Positions 15,101-29,410 of a stretch of 64,000 bases of DNA are shown here, piece by piece. The notes below the pieces were generated by a model. That model was not told the origin of the DNA. It saw only the letters and a program-made list of their open reading frames with translations, and made no database searches. Source of the stretch: Utricularia gibba (lineage: Eukaryota > Plantae > Magnoliophyta); contig NEEC01000012.1 in assembly GCA_002189035.1 (NCBI GenBank), positions 2,666,001 through 2,730,000 on the forward strand, given 5' to 3'. Within the stretch, counting starts at the first letter, position 1, and each line of letters opens with the position of its first letter. The position numbers and the translations under genes were made by a program.

Positions 15101-18100
15101 GTCATATCAAGAGTGATAGAAGGCTTTGTGAAGCCAATTTTTTCCAATTTATTCAAGAAAAAAACACTTATCAATTTTATTGAACTGGAAAAGATTCACG
15201 CTAGGCATATTGAAGGAGTTCTTGAAACTGAAGCTTCAATGACACAAAAGTATGACCAATATACCATGCTCACCTGAGCTCCGAAAACTTTTGAGGAAGC
15301 ATATCTGACACTTTATCTGTAAACTGCATATAAGGAAAAAATATAAAGCAATGAATAGCATCCTTCTAGCCTCCAAGACACTGAACAAGCATACATGAAT
15401 GTGCACTTTTTATTTGATCATACCTGAAGCACTGGCCTATATATGGATGCTACCAAATAGATACCTTGCTCTGCTAATACAGCTCCAGTTCCATAACCTT
15501 CTTGAACTACATTAGTGGTTCGTTTCCATCCTTGCCGAATGGAATCAGATCCTGGGTTGAAAGAAACATCAAATCTTATATACTGCAAACCATTATGATC
15601 ATAAGTAGGGGACTGGCTGCAGCTTAGCAAAATAGTATTAAATATTTTGCAACCATTCTAGAACACAATTCTTATATAGAGAATGAGAATAAACCTTTTT
15701 TTTACAGAACGGATACTCATTCTCACGTTCTAGAATTAATTCTAAAATTTAAAGAGAATGACAATGAAGGCATTCAATACGTTATCCTCAACCACATTCT
15801 GCAGTTTAACTAAATTATCTCATTCTAAAAACGCACTCATTCTCCATTCTCATTTTTCAGAATGATATTTCTGGATAATAATGCAACGCACATTTATTGT
15901 ATGATATTTTCAAACTAATAAGTTGCTTGTACCAAGGTATTTGCACAACTAATCGCAACAAGCTCAAAGTTCATATATTTACCACCCTTATTTCCCTTAC
16001 CCTGACTGGAAACGGAAACAGTGATATCAGTAAAACGAAATGCAAACGTAAGTCCATCTTCTGATCCGTTACTGCAGGCAGAATGCATGCCATTATTTAA
16101 CAAATATAAATAAGACTATAATATCAAAAAAAATTAGAAACAACTATTATTTCGAACATTAGAAAGAAGCAATGTCATCCCAGAATTAGCTATAATTGGT
16201 GTACAACAAAGCATGAGAATCTGACCCAAACACCATATATGTGTGAACCATATATGAATGCTGAGGCCTACATGTTTCTGTTTGCTGGTTATGACGAATA
16301 TAGGAAGGTTCAGAATGCTACAAGTAAAGGAAAAAAAAAAGCCTAAAGGGGTTCCGCAAGTAGAGTAAAGGAAAACATGTTGCTTGCCTCTTATCTTTAG
16401 AGGGAACCTTGCTGGCGAGTCTTGCGGTTTGAACAGCTGCATCTGCAGAAGCAGCTTCAGGAGTAGCTCGAAGGATCTCACATATAAGTTGCTGGCACTC
16501 ACTCTATCATCGTTCACAGGAAAACCAAATTAATATCATATGCCAATATAATCTGGAAAAAAATGAGTTTGAAACAGAAAATCAGTGTATCAAAGGAAGA
16601 CCTGCAGAACCGTTAGGGAAAATCCAATTGTGTAGCCTCCAGTATCAAGAGAAACATCAGAATCTTGGGCCCAACTAACATCAGTAGGCATCGATTTAGG
16701 CGTGTTCAAGCTAACTTGGTGTGAAGATTTCAATTCAAGTAATTCTCCAACAACAACATGGTTTTCTGAACAACCACCCAGCATCATAAAAATCAAGAAA
16801 GCAGTATGAAAACAAAATGAAAATCTTTTATATAAGCCAAAGTGGCATACCAAATATTCGAACAACAGTGTCCAACACTGAATCGAGCAAATCCTTGGCA
16901 GATATTTGTGCTGATCCCCTTGGAGACATTGCTTGTGATACAGGGCTGGCTGCTAATAAAGCTTCAGGACAAGACACCCCATTCTGATGCTTTATTTTGG
17001 AAGACATGTGACCTTCGAGGGGCCATTTTTGGTGTCGACCAACAACAGACAGAGTTTCATGGCGCAGACTGGGCTTTGGCCCAGTGTCACACCCTGATCG
17101 GGCTTTGATCTTTGTAGTGATGATCTCATGAATCGTAGGGCGCAGTCTTTGACTTTTACAAGAATGAAAAATGAAACCGAATAAGAGTCTTACAATGTGA
17201 CAAGCAATGCTGATGAAATATCATGTAAAACTAAAGGCTGAATCACTGAATTACAAAAAAAGAACAATGTTTAAAAACATCATTCTCATTATCACAGCTG
17301 CAATATGAAGTCAATCTGTGTTTCTCCATAGTGTGATCACAAATGAAGCAAGTATTTAGAAACTCCAAAAATCTCTAGAGCTATCCAATTTTCAAGAACC
17401 AGGTTTCAGAATGTACCATATTATAGCACCTGCAGCGGCAACTTTGCCAAGCATGCAGAGACATTCAACCATTGTATGCAAATACTTCACATGCTGTGAT
17501 GCATCACTTTTTTTCATTGACTCCTGCAGAAAATCCAAAATATATTCAATATAACACACAAAAAAAGTGATTCAGGTTCACATATAAGAAAATATGTGTA
17601 TAGTTGTAAACCACAAATTCGTCTGGGGTTGATTCTGATAACCAGATAGGAATCTGACGAGATAGAAGTTTTGCATCCCTTGGGCCAGCCTCACCACCAT
17701 TTAACCTCAATGTAGGATCTATTGTGACATCCTCATCGAGAGATGAACTAAGGAGAAAAGTAGCCAGAGAGAGGATTCAAAAAGTGCTATACAACATAAA
17801 GTAAATTATCATATTCAACATGCATAACTTATTCATCCAGGAATCCAATAATCATGATCATTAGTATTTAGAAAAAACAACCATCAGTTCAATGAACTTT
17901 TCGCCAATGGAGATTCATATTAAACTTAAAATGGCAAACCAAGGACTGTACTTCTTTATTTTTATACCCTTCATCAATTGAATTCGGTCTAGAAAATCCT
18001 AAATTGTCTCCCTTCTGCATCCTGGTTCTTCGAGAAAGTGAGTGTGAATAACTCATGGAAACTATATCGGTAGTGATAATTGGAATGGCATCATCACCTT

Positions 18101-19616
18101 CAGTATCACATATAACAACGCTGCCAAAAGAAAAGGTTTAAAGACCAAGAGACACCAAGTGGCGAAGTACCAAAAAAAAGGTAAAACAAGGAGAAGGTGG
18201 TGGTCAATCAACTACCATGTCGCCAATGCACAGAAGATTAACAGCTATCACCATTTTTGCTCATTTGGAAAACTTAATAGTTGCTTAGATTTAATCTAGC
18301 ACGGGTGTTCTTGAAAGGAGAAGATTTTTGTGGATTATACAACATGGCATGTTTATCAAATGTTGATGAAACATCATGAAACAAGGACTTTGCATGTTCA
18401 GAAAATTATTTCTTGCACTCTAAAGCTTTATACCTGAAATCACCCTTATTGTACAAATGGGCATGCAAATCCTCCACAACCTTATAAAATATTGTTCCTC
18501 TTAACTTTGTTAACTCAGATCGGACATCTTGAAGTGCTCCTACCTATGAAAAAGTACAAAATTAAGTATAAATATGTCAGAAGTTCCTAGAATATTGAAA
18601 TGTATTAACAACGGAGGGACATGATAAACTTACTGTTTGCAGCCCCTCTCTCTCAAGCATTAAGGTTGACTGAACATGCAGCTGCACTGCAGCATAAAAC
18701 TGTTTCTCAGAAATCAGCTTTTCTATGCGGGTGGGAACCTGTCCACACACAAGATAACGAAGACAAAAAATGTAAGAAAATTTACTCAATGAACAGCATG
18801 CATCTTTCCACCCAGTCTTCACTATAATATCAGAATCCTTACCTTCGCTATACTCTCAATTTGGTCTAACAAGGATATTATGTGGCGCAGTGTTACAGAA
18901 CGATACCATAACTGATGTAACTGCTTGTTTTGAGCACCGAGAAGTTTCTTTGCCTGAGCTAAATCAATCTTCAAGTTACCAATGCTCTCAGCAGACTCAC
19001 TGAACAAACGCAAAATCTGTCAGAAAAAAAAAAAGATAAAGGGTGAGACGATGCATACACAAGTTGGTCAAACTCTTAGCAATACAAAGACACGTTTGAA
19101 TGGTTTGTATAATACAAAAAAAAATTTAAAATTTGGCATGCATACACAGCAGAAGGCATGCAAAACAGCATTGAACACTGAATTACCTGAGAATAGTTTT
19201 GAATTGCTTTGTTAAAACCTCCATGATATGCATGAACGACTTCATCCACAACCTCTTCTATGATATCATTCTGCTCCTTTAAGACCTGCAGTTCTCCATC
19301 ACGATCCTTCGATGTTAAAATATGCACAACATGAGGCAAAGAGTCGAAGCGCGCTGCAGCCCAACTTTCGTCTATTCTAGAAAGTTCCTCTCTCAAACGC
19401 TGCGAGTGGAATGAAGACAAAAATCAATTCAGGTAAAACATATACAACATCCCAAAATACAATTTCAATAACTAATGAAAAACACTATACAATCTCCTCA
19501 ACAAACGTGAATACCCGTTATTACAAAAACGAACTACATTTGAATAAATTTGAGTTGTGTAGCGAGGAACTCACAGATTTATCCCGTGCAATCGGAAGTC
19601 CGTTAAATATAGACAT
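12114..19616 (-). CDS. SEC8: Exocyst complex component SEC8 (EXOC4), many exons
   Basis: MSIFNGLPIARDKS|RLREELSRIDESWAAARFDSLPHVVHILTSKD...GFNKAIQNYSQ; C-terminus RLDRVRTYYELLNLPFE...VRVPGREIPDDAQDRL. Not every internal exon checked. Confidence 0.95.
15650..15890. repeat. Probable decayed MITE-like insert in a SEC8 intron
   Basis: Several GAGAATG / CATTCTC units in both orientations plus AAACGCAC; no clean TIR or TSD found. Confidence 0.35.
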
Positions 19617-20479
19617 CTGAATCAGCTCAACTCAAACCCGGATCTACTACAGCAACAAGCCGCGCACCCAGAACCCAAAACCAAATCCAATCACAAAAAC
19701 AAACATCGGAAACCTTGACGCACTCTGCCAGGCATTTTATCTGCGCATTCTCTACATAAAAAAATGCGAGCATATACTGACTTGATCTGCCGAATTGTGA
19801 ATTGATCGCGTCACGTGAATGATACTATATGTCCCACCTAGATCTTCAGCTTTCAACTGAAGGCATGAAGATTCAGGGCGGTGCAAGCTCATAGAAATTA
19901 GAGATCTTACAGGAGAGGATCAGGCTGAGGTGAGGCGACTTGGATCCCCTGCTTTTGGCTGCATCCCAGAGTCTCGTACCGGGCAATCACTTCCGCAGTT
20001 CCGCTTGCCTGAGAACCGAGTAACGAAATTTCTCAGTTTCTTTTTCGTTTAATTTTCGTTTTCTATGTCTCCAATTGGGCCGAGTCCTTTTCGAATGGCC
20101 TAGGGGCAATCTGGACAAAAACCCCTTCATTGTCCTGATTTTCTGTATTAATTTATGTTATAAAAAAATAAAAAAAAACATTTGGCAGTATAATAAGAGG
20201 ATGATCCATGGCCGATATACCAATAAGTAATACTTTATATCTAAACTTAATGATGTGCTAGATGAATTAATTAGCGTAATGTATATCATCAAATTAGGCT
20301 CATATAGATTCTAATAATTAAATAAAGAGAGTGAAATAAAAATTATTAAACAAGTTCTTATTATTCTTTCTATAGAAAAATACCAAAAAAAAGAATGTTC
20401 AATTATACTGTAAATAAACATAAGAGGTTACATTCAAACAATTTAAGTATAAGTTTAAACCAACTTCTTTACTTATATT

Positions 20480-23100
20480 ATCTTATATTTCAAAAACATT
20501 TGAAATTAAATGTGATGTTTTTAGAGTTGGAATAAACGTTGTTCTGATGCAAGAAATGCGACTCATTGCATACTTCAAGTTTTGCTGCGTTATCAGCCCT
20601 AAACTGTGATTCCTATGCAAGGATACCAACTGTTGAGGAGACAAGCTGGGAGTCTTCGCCTGAAAGGTCCTCACTTGAGAGGGGCATCTCATCTGTCTCT
20701 TGCTTTGAAGCAGCTATGGAGCTCTGGAGCAGGTGGGCTGCTCCATTGGACCTCTGGTTAGCTTCATCAGGTCTCTGTTTTAATGCCTGAAGAGAGAAAA
20801 GATGACTGCTGCTCTTCTCTTCTCCCCCTTCTTGCTGCACATCTGGTGGACTTCTTCTTCATGAAGCTGGGGAAGAAGAGCTGCCTGCTACTTCTGAGGA
20901 AGCAGGAGATGGAGAGTTCTTTTGGCTTCGATGATATGACTGAACGGGACATTTTGATATCTCTGATAGAGCCCAAATCTGTTCTTGAGAGTAATTCCCA
21001 CAGACGGGTCATTTGCAAGATGCTTGATCTTGTCAGCCAAGTCAAAAAGGGTTGCATCATTTTAATGGCAGCAGCTTCTTCATCACTTAACCAGGAAAAA
21101 AACAGGTAGCAATAGTTACTACTGGAGCAACAAAGGAAAGGAAATTATGCAAATGAAACAGTATACTAACAGCCATTGTTCAAAGTAAGGCATTCGGAAC
21201 AACCTGCAAATCCATTTAAAAAACTTGTAACCGAGAACTGTTCGTAAGACAGCAGCATTCCAAGTATCAGGGAAGATACCAATATGAAAAACCAGTAACA
21301 GGCTCAAAGAAGTTACATTCATAAAGGCATCCATTGCAGTTCTCAGACACTCATTTCTTTGCCATTTTCCCATACAGATGCTCAAACTTGAAATAAAAAG
21401 ATCTGATTCAACAATCCCACATGTAATGGCAACAGAGTATTCGATCTAAAGAAATCCCAAACCGATACGCTGAGACCACTTTTGTGACTGAATTTTCATC
21501 AATCATAGGGCAATATCAACGTTGAAGCATACAAAATCAGGGAGTTCACATTGAGAAGGATTCAGATGACTCTACATACTTTGCCCAACTGAAAAGGGTC
21601 CGCCTAAAAACTTGGGGTAATTGCTGTTTGGGTTATTTGTTTCCCAGGTGAAATTGGGCACTAAGTAATCTCGAAGATTTGATTGTCACCTGTCCCTACT
21701 GAAACAGTCAGATTAGTTCATCATACTTCAGACTGGATGGTTATAGAAAGAAATCACGACTAAACCTAACATAATCAGATTTGAAAAACCGGATCTTGAT
21801 ACGAATCCCGACTCAAATGGATGATTCTTCAGGCTAGCGATAGGAAACCATAGAACGTAGGGACCAGATTTTTTTTTACCGTTAGAGGGTAAAAGCCAAC
21901 AGAAGTTCATCTTGCAGATGCCCAGATCACCCAATTCGGAGAATTCGCATTCCCAGTTCCCATCTGCCCAAATTAATGGAAAGCTGGAGGCTGAGTACCG
22001 GAATCCAGGAGCTTGTTATGAAGTTTTTTTTTTTTTTTAGTTACTCATACTTGTTTGAAGTCTCCACAATATCGAGACAACTGTTCGTGTGGCTGAGCTC
22101 TTGATTCACCCCTGTAACTTCGTCAAACTTCATCCTCCATGCTCCTCTCCACATTGTTCATCTCCTATTTCCTTTTAGCCCTTTTCCCTCCTTTTCTAGT
22201 AATTTTCAGAGAGGCTACCACTATCATACAATATTTGAGTTCTCGACGTAATAACATATCGTTCATCTCCTGTTTCCTTCTTGACGTGGGGTGGGGGTGG
22301 TGGAGAGTTCAAACCCCATGTGATTACCTATCAGTAAAAAGACCTGGAACGAGAATGCTCTGGCTACGGAGTCTTGTCAAATCCAGAATGTAAAAAACCA
22401 GCACCTACGCTATGACTGCTGTGATTTGGAGATTCTGAGTGGATGGTTGTCTTCGAAATGTCAGATCACCATCTCCAGAATAGATTTACTTTGCTGTGTT
22501 TGCCTGCTAGATGCTACTGCTTATCTATCAACCTATCTGTGTTAATTTTCCCTGGGATGAAAAGTTTTTCACTTGTGAAATCTTGACACTGAATTGATTG
22601 GGGACTCCTTCCGTGTGTTAGATTCGGAGGATCCACAACACATTGACACAGCAAAGCCAGTTCTAATCCCCTACTGCTCTCTGTCAGCATTACTTGTTTT
22701 GGAATAGTGCACATTTTCCTTGAGGGCTCATCTAGAATAAAATAATCCTATCATTTGTTAAATACTTTTTTAACTTACATTGAATACAAAAACAACTATT
22801 ATTCACATGCAAGATAGTTCATTTTATGATCATGATATAGACACAGCATCTGTTTTTGCCTATTTTGTGTCTTCCAAAAGTAGTACCTCCGTTGTGATTT
22901 GAACCTACACTTGATTTCCACTATCTGCACAGCTTAAGTCACTTCACCCTGCGCCACTTTACATTTATGGATAAAATTCACAGCACCAGGTGGAGTGTAC
23001 GGTCAACCACCTGCTTGATTGAGTTGAGACCACCATCAAGCTTGGGGCTCCCCAATCCCTCCAATGTGCACCTGTGAGCTTGTTCCATGTTTCTCACCTA
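20480..23100 (-). pseudogene. Decayed, unidentified coding-like remnant
   Basis: Exon-like, GC-richer blocks with AG/GT boundaries and protein-like stretches broken by stops and frameshifts; family not recognised. Confidence 0.35.
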
Positions 23101-23675
23101 ATGCTTAGCCGTTTTCTGACATACTTAACATGTATTGTTGTAAAAAAAGCTAACTTCATATTTGATATTCAGAAGAGTGGAGAATTTGGATCTCGGGTAG
23201 GTATGTATAGTTGTATGATGGATGCCATAGTCTGTGTCTTTTTGATTCTTGAGTATGGGGAAGTGTTTATCAGTGGTATGGGTGGGACTTAGTGATTTTT
23301 TATTGAGTTGGAATTCAAGTGGGTTGACAAGATCTGTGTTACTGCTATGTGTATATGCACTTATGAGTCAAAACCAAACAAATTATGGGCCACTGTAGCC
23401 TTATCTCCCTATCAGTAAAGTACAAGGATTGACAAGACGTCGCAGACACAGAATCCTCATGCATTACATTGCATGGATACCAAAAGACAAAAACAAGATT
23501 CCCCATCTACCCCTTTTTCCTGCAGGTGGCGTTGAAACTCCAACATAAGATGTTTTCCATTAGTTGCAATGCAATTCATAGGTATTTTGCAAATAAAGGG
23601 TGATTGGAATTGGAATTGGAAGACTGGTAGTTGTACAAAAATGAAGAGAGGTGCAAGAGCAAGAGATTATCCTAA

Positions 23676-24933
23676 TTAAGACTTGGGCTGCTGAAGCCAT
23701 TTGGAGAAGTTCTGGAGAGTGTTCATATCAGCTCTGTAGTGTCTCTGAGTGTACTCCAGAAAGAGAGGCCAAGTGAAATCTGGGACTGTCCTGGGGTGAT
23801 TTGAATCTACCAACTCTAGCGGTGGCCTCACAACTCTATCCTTTTTTGGACAGAGAAAGAAGGCCAAAGATTTCCTTGGGGATTTGCTGTTGACCACCGC
23901 TCTATGCAGACAGCTTTTGTACCTCCCGTTTGACAGCGCCTGAGGAGTAAAATCCACCATTACAGAGCAGCAATCCCATCTAACTAGAAATGGATAGAAG
24001 CATTTCTTACCACAAATGTATCTCCGATGTTGACCACGAACGCGCCAGGATCAGGGCGAATGGATCGCCATTCATCGTCGAAGAACACCTGCAATCCACC
24101 AATGTCGTCTTGATGCAGGATTGTTAAGGAAGTGGGATCGCAATGGGGACCGGTTCCAAGTGTTTGATCTGGTCTTTGGCATTGTGGGTAGTAGTTCAAT
24201 CTCATTATGGATTCGTTTTCCTCGAAGAACTCCCTGAAGTAGCAGGGGCTCACCCCTAAGCTCATCCCCAGCAGCTCCATGATCCTCGACGATAAGTTAC
24301 TCATTGAATGGCAGTACTGTTGGTAGATCTTCCTGTCAAGTCACCATCCAGACAAAAGATCAGAACTTCTTTCTCATGCATGAACAATCAGAAACTATGG
24401 TGGTTTGCTCTGTCAGCTGCTTACCCCATGGGAGCGAAATCTTGGCCCAGAGTGTTGCAGAAATACTCCTCAACGATGTGGGATTTGTTCCCATCGGCAG
24501 AGTATTGAAAAGAGAGCGTTTCCTTCCAAGGAAGCTTGGAAGAAAACCTCCCGGTGAAGCTGCTAGCGTAGCCGCAATGCTCCCCTGTTTTCTTCGGCGC
24601 CTTTTGTTTCTCCAGCAGCGGCCGCCGAAAGAAATGATCGACACAGCGATGAGCATCAGCAATGAGACCATCATCCACTCCGTGGTTAACCGCCAGAAAG
24701 AATCCATGACTCCTGCATGCTTTCCCGACGAGCTCCGCCGCCACGGCGGAAGCTTCAGGGTCCCCTGCAAGGAACCCGGTGAGGTCGATCTCCGGGACGG
24801 GTAGCTCCCGGGGATCAAGAGTAGGTTTCTCATGATCAGGCCATACGTACTCAGACGGTATGTGGGTCTGGTGCGCCAGCACCGAGGAGTCGAAGACGAG
24901 CGAGCTCCGGTCCGGTTGGCCAGAGGGTGTCAT
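23676..24933 (-). CDS. GA20ox: Gibberellin 20-oxidase, 3 exons (24933-24425, 24332-24011, 23939-23676)
   Basis: LPWKETLS signature, [12 protein letters not shown]...H iron ligands, R-x-S (RKSLAFF), two introns at the usual positions; TATA-like motif at about 25011-25020. Confidence 0.97.
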
Positions 24934-26254
24934 TGCCGGAAGCAGCAGCTCAAGAAGAGGAAGAGAGGAAGGCGAGAGGGAAGGGATCTGCTACTGGGGA
25001 GTATATATAATGGGAGGCATCCTTATCGTGTGGCGCAGCAGAGCAGAGGATGGAGGAGATATTATAAGAAAATGGAGAGCAAAAGAACACCGCGGGTGAA
25101 GACGAAGGGAGAAGATAGCATGCAAATTCAGTTGCTCCCACACAGCCAACACTTCAAGTTGCCACGTGAAGAGGGGGATCCCCGCACAAGGTCTGGCCTT
25201 TCAAAGCCAAGTTCCATGTTTTTTCCCCTGGGAAAATGGTGTGCGAGTCTTCATTACTCCATAGATCACAGTCTGTCCTGCGTTGGTTTTGCTGAAATCA
25301 CAGAGTGTCAACAGTTATATGCCCCATAGATCATTAAAAATGGCTTGCATGATTCAACATAAAGCTTGGTACTTGGAGGGCTTTGGGATCCTGAACAGAA
25401 GACCAATCCTAACTGGAAAGCATGATTTAGCATGTTCATGTCTTGTAACAGGGACCTGGAAGCATACCCCAAGTTGGGGGCAGTGACGGATCATGTAAGT
25501 CACCAACTCCAATCCTTGCCTCCTGAAAATTGTTACTGGGACAAAAGCTACGAGTTAGAAAAATCCTCTTTTTATCTCTTGGGGGTGGATATAAAGAGAG
25601 GGAGGGATCCATATCCATCCATTCTGTCACACATCACATGAATGGGTGGAGCCTCCTGTCGCAAACTAGAAATGGGCAAAAACAAAGCAGTACGACACAC
25701 TGGATCTCCATGGAATGAAAACGCCAAACAACGAGGTCAGTGAACTGGAGCTGAGTGAGATAGGTGAATCACAGTGGCCCCAAGGACGAAAAGGAGAGGG
25801 GGGAGGTCCACAGCGCGGAAACGGGCAAGAGTTAAAATACAAGCAAACACATGAAAAAACAATTGCTTTCACCATGTGAATCCAAGTTATCCACGAGTGA
25901 AATGGGCAGCTAACACAGCATGTGAAGGCACAGGATGCAACAGGGGGGGCCTACAGACCATCACCAGCCGATCTGAGATTCTCAACTGACACTTTGATTT
26001 GAAAGATTATGTTGTGCGGAGGTCATATCATTCAATCCACTTCAGGATGTTCATACAGATACAGCAGCGGCCTCGGGTTCATGAAAAGACATATATCACC
26101 ACAAGGCTGATTAAAATCTACCCAAAGTCTGCTGTTTGGAAGGGAGATGGGACATGTGCACACATAGGTAGTTAATGTCATGCGATACAGGCGATTAAGT
26201 AATTACAGGGGTAATGCGCGATACCAGCAGGTTCATGGGCACACAGCTGGGTGA

Positions 26255-28961
26255 TCAGGCTGAAGATAGCAGGATTTCGGGCTCAGCAGCTGTTTCCGTG
26301 ATCAGGGAACCGCTCATCCATCTTTTCAGCATCTCTAGTGAAGCTCTGGGTTGATCCATTGGAACCATGTGTCCAGCATCATGTACCTGTGTTGTTACAC
26401 GAGACAGGAGAAGATTAAATACACACATTCATGTCGAAATGGGGGAGGGGAGAAAAAGGATAAACCTTCAGGAAGCTAAGGGGTCCATGGCTGGTCAATA
26501 ATCCGGCTTCGGAACCAGCAACTTCGAAGGGAACCTCCAGAGCTGATGTAAACTCTTTCTGGCCACTCCATTTCATCGCATGGACCCATCTCGAGTTTCC
26601 TGAATGAAAACAATGTTACAAAACTACCAAAAACTTTCAATCAAGTTCAATTTTGACTGTACATGCGTTTCAAAAGGGTAAATATATTACCAAGCCAGTT
26701 GCAAATCAGATCATACTCTCCAGCATACACTAGCAGCTTGATCCCGTCCTCTAGAAGATCAGGAATCCCTGCCTCAAGATTCCGCATCCAGTCCATTATC
26801 ATGGCCTGGTAAACTGTGGGACTGCATGAGACGAACTCTATATCTCCAACTCCGAGTGATGCTCTTACTGAATCTTCGTTGAGATATGCGTCCAAGTTGG
26901 AGAAGTCATAGCACAGACTTCCCTCGCATTTTTTTCTGATGTCATAGTACTGAAAAGAAGCAAAATCTTGACTAGAACAGGACATAAAGTTATGAAAGAC
27001 TAAAGATTGCACTTTCTCTCACATCCACAGCTGCTAAAATGAACACATATGATAAAAGCCTTCAGAATGAGGTGCAAAAAAGGTAGCCTAACAAATGATT
27101 TCTATATTAATTTCATTCCCAATTGATCCAGTATAAGAGAAAATGACTTACGTTCACATTGTCAGTATGTGCAAGTATCGAAGTAAATATTGAGTTGCAC
27201 AAGACATAGGCTGCTAGACAAGATACTTTACCACTGGTACCTGAAACAAGAGGTGAACTACTGCTGAGATGTGAACATTCATTAGTTTCACAGATAATGC
27301 AATCAAACAGTAGATTACCACAAAGCTTTACTGCTGTTTCACAGAGTGGAAGCACCTTGTTGATTCTATTATGCTCAGATTGCTTAATTATGCCCATATC
27401 AAGAGCATAATCAGCATACGCACCATACTGAATGGCGGGATCAGTGAGCCCATTTCCAATCGCAAAGCCCTAAAAATAGTTGTTTTCATGTAAGAACGAT
27501 GACATTTAAACACACCAAATTTGATATGCCATTTTTCATGTTGCAGGTACCTTCAGATTTATATGAATTCCTTCGTTATCTTTGTTTCCCTTGTGCACAC
27601 GGGCAGCAAGAGCAGGAATATAATGCCCGGCATATGACTCCCCAGTAATATAGAAGTCATTTTTCGCCAAACTGGGATGCTCATTGAAAAAAGCCTGCAA
27701 AAATATTTGAAGACTTCCATAAATATAATGTTCGTCTTCTTACTTTTTTCCTATCTATATTCTAGCTGCATTATACGCCAAAAGAAGCAACATTTCAATA
27801 TTTATGTCATAAAATGGAGAATGTCAAAATAAAGTTCATGAATCAGGTCTCTACCATGCAATGAAAATTAATATTATGTCTTCCTAGAGTTTAATTGAGG
27901 ATTACAGAGCAATTAACCAAAATCGACAACCCCCATATGCATATCCAACTTTAAAGGCTACTGAGCCCAACCAACCTGCAAGAAGTCATATAAATCATCA
28001 CTGACACCTTGCTCATCATGGCGAATGTCACGCTTGTCAGATGTATAGCTAAAACCAGTTCCCACTGGCTGATCAACGAACAAAATATTTGAGACCTGAT
28101 AAACAAATGGATGTTTACTTAACCACATCAAGTTCATACAGATCTCAAGGGGAAAAAGCAAGAGTTATTTCACTGCAGATCATCAACGAGCCATAAAAAT
28201 TACCTGGTCCCAGCCATAGTCGTTCCACTGAAGAGACAAGTCGTTAGCTATCGTAAAAGGCCCATTTTCATAAAAAAGTGCCATCTCACTGCTACATCCT
28301 GGGCCTCCAGTTAACCAGATCACAACAGGGTCTTCACTACTATTCCGTGATTCAAAGAAAAAGTAAAACATCCTACAACAAAGGCATCATGAGGTCAGCT
28401 GGTTTTCGAGATGGACTTAATCACCACAAAGGCTCGCACTATCCCTTAAAAAAAGAGTCATGCAAGATGCAGAATCAAAAGCGCAAGAAAATTTGGGCGA
28501 AATGAAACTCCAAAGATTCCATCAAACCGGCGTTCCAGAAAATCCGCCCAACGTTTGACCCGGGACCTCAGAAGGCAAAACTTGTATGCATAACAATTCG
28601 ACATCCCGAATCTAAAAGAAAAAAAATACACGGTGCTCAAACCTTGCGCCATGAGAATGCTGAATCTTGTAGTAGCCTGCATGGTGTCCTAAGTCATCGG
28701 CTGTGGAGGACCCGTTTGTATACACCAAACCAGGGAACTTAAATCGCCTCTCCGCAATAATCGGAGAATGAGCCGCCGAAAAATCATCATCGACGATGTT
28801 AATCTCCCGATCGGGAACAAATTGAGATCCCTGATCAGCTTCTCCGCGGTAAGCAACGGCAGCTTTGGTGCACGAAGCAAAGCCACGACCGAGGAGATCG
28901 GAGAAACGCCCAGAAGAAGAAGAAGAAAAAAGGGGAGGAATCTCGCCGGAGAACTAATCAT
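26255..28961 (-). CDS. Serine carboxypeptidase-like, SCPL48/49 type; apparent -1 frameshift in exon 1
   Basis: Signal peptide, DLGHHAGYY, MFYFFFESR, VIWLTGGPGCSS, FVDQPVGTGFSY, GESYAGHY, LLVYAGEYDLICNWLG, HDAGHMVPMDQP. Confidence 0.93.
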
Positions 28962-29410
28962 CGTTGTAGAGATTACGCTACCCCTCTTCTTCATCGCCCC
29001 GCTTTCTCTGGGTTGCTTCATATTTTCGAACTTTAAAGCCCTCTCCACTAAGCGAGGAACCACCGACTTCACCAACGTTACGTGTCCCTGCCTCGACCCT
29101 AGACACCAGACCCGACCCGTATATCGGATTTTCTTCCATTGTACTTTCTTTGAGTTCAGATTTATCTTCTTTGTCACACAGAAACAGCAAGGAATTGAAA
29201 GCAGGTTTTTTGAAGAATCCGCAGAAAACAAGAGGTTCAGAACTAGGAAGCTACGCTTATCCACAAAATCGTTTCAATCAAAGGAGAACACCATCCGAAT
29301 GACAAGGGGAGCAATGCACGCTACACTGCTGCTGAATAACTACTGAGAAGAGCGGTACTACCAGCTACAGATAAGAGAGACGGCCATATGAGGCTCATGG
29401 CGAGTGCTAG

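Noticed and set aside
21190-21300. FHIGIFPD...KFF resembling a CNGC pore-proximal segment
   Set aside because: Neighbouring blocks did not match CNGC CNBD or IQ motifs; too weak to call.
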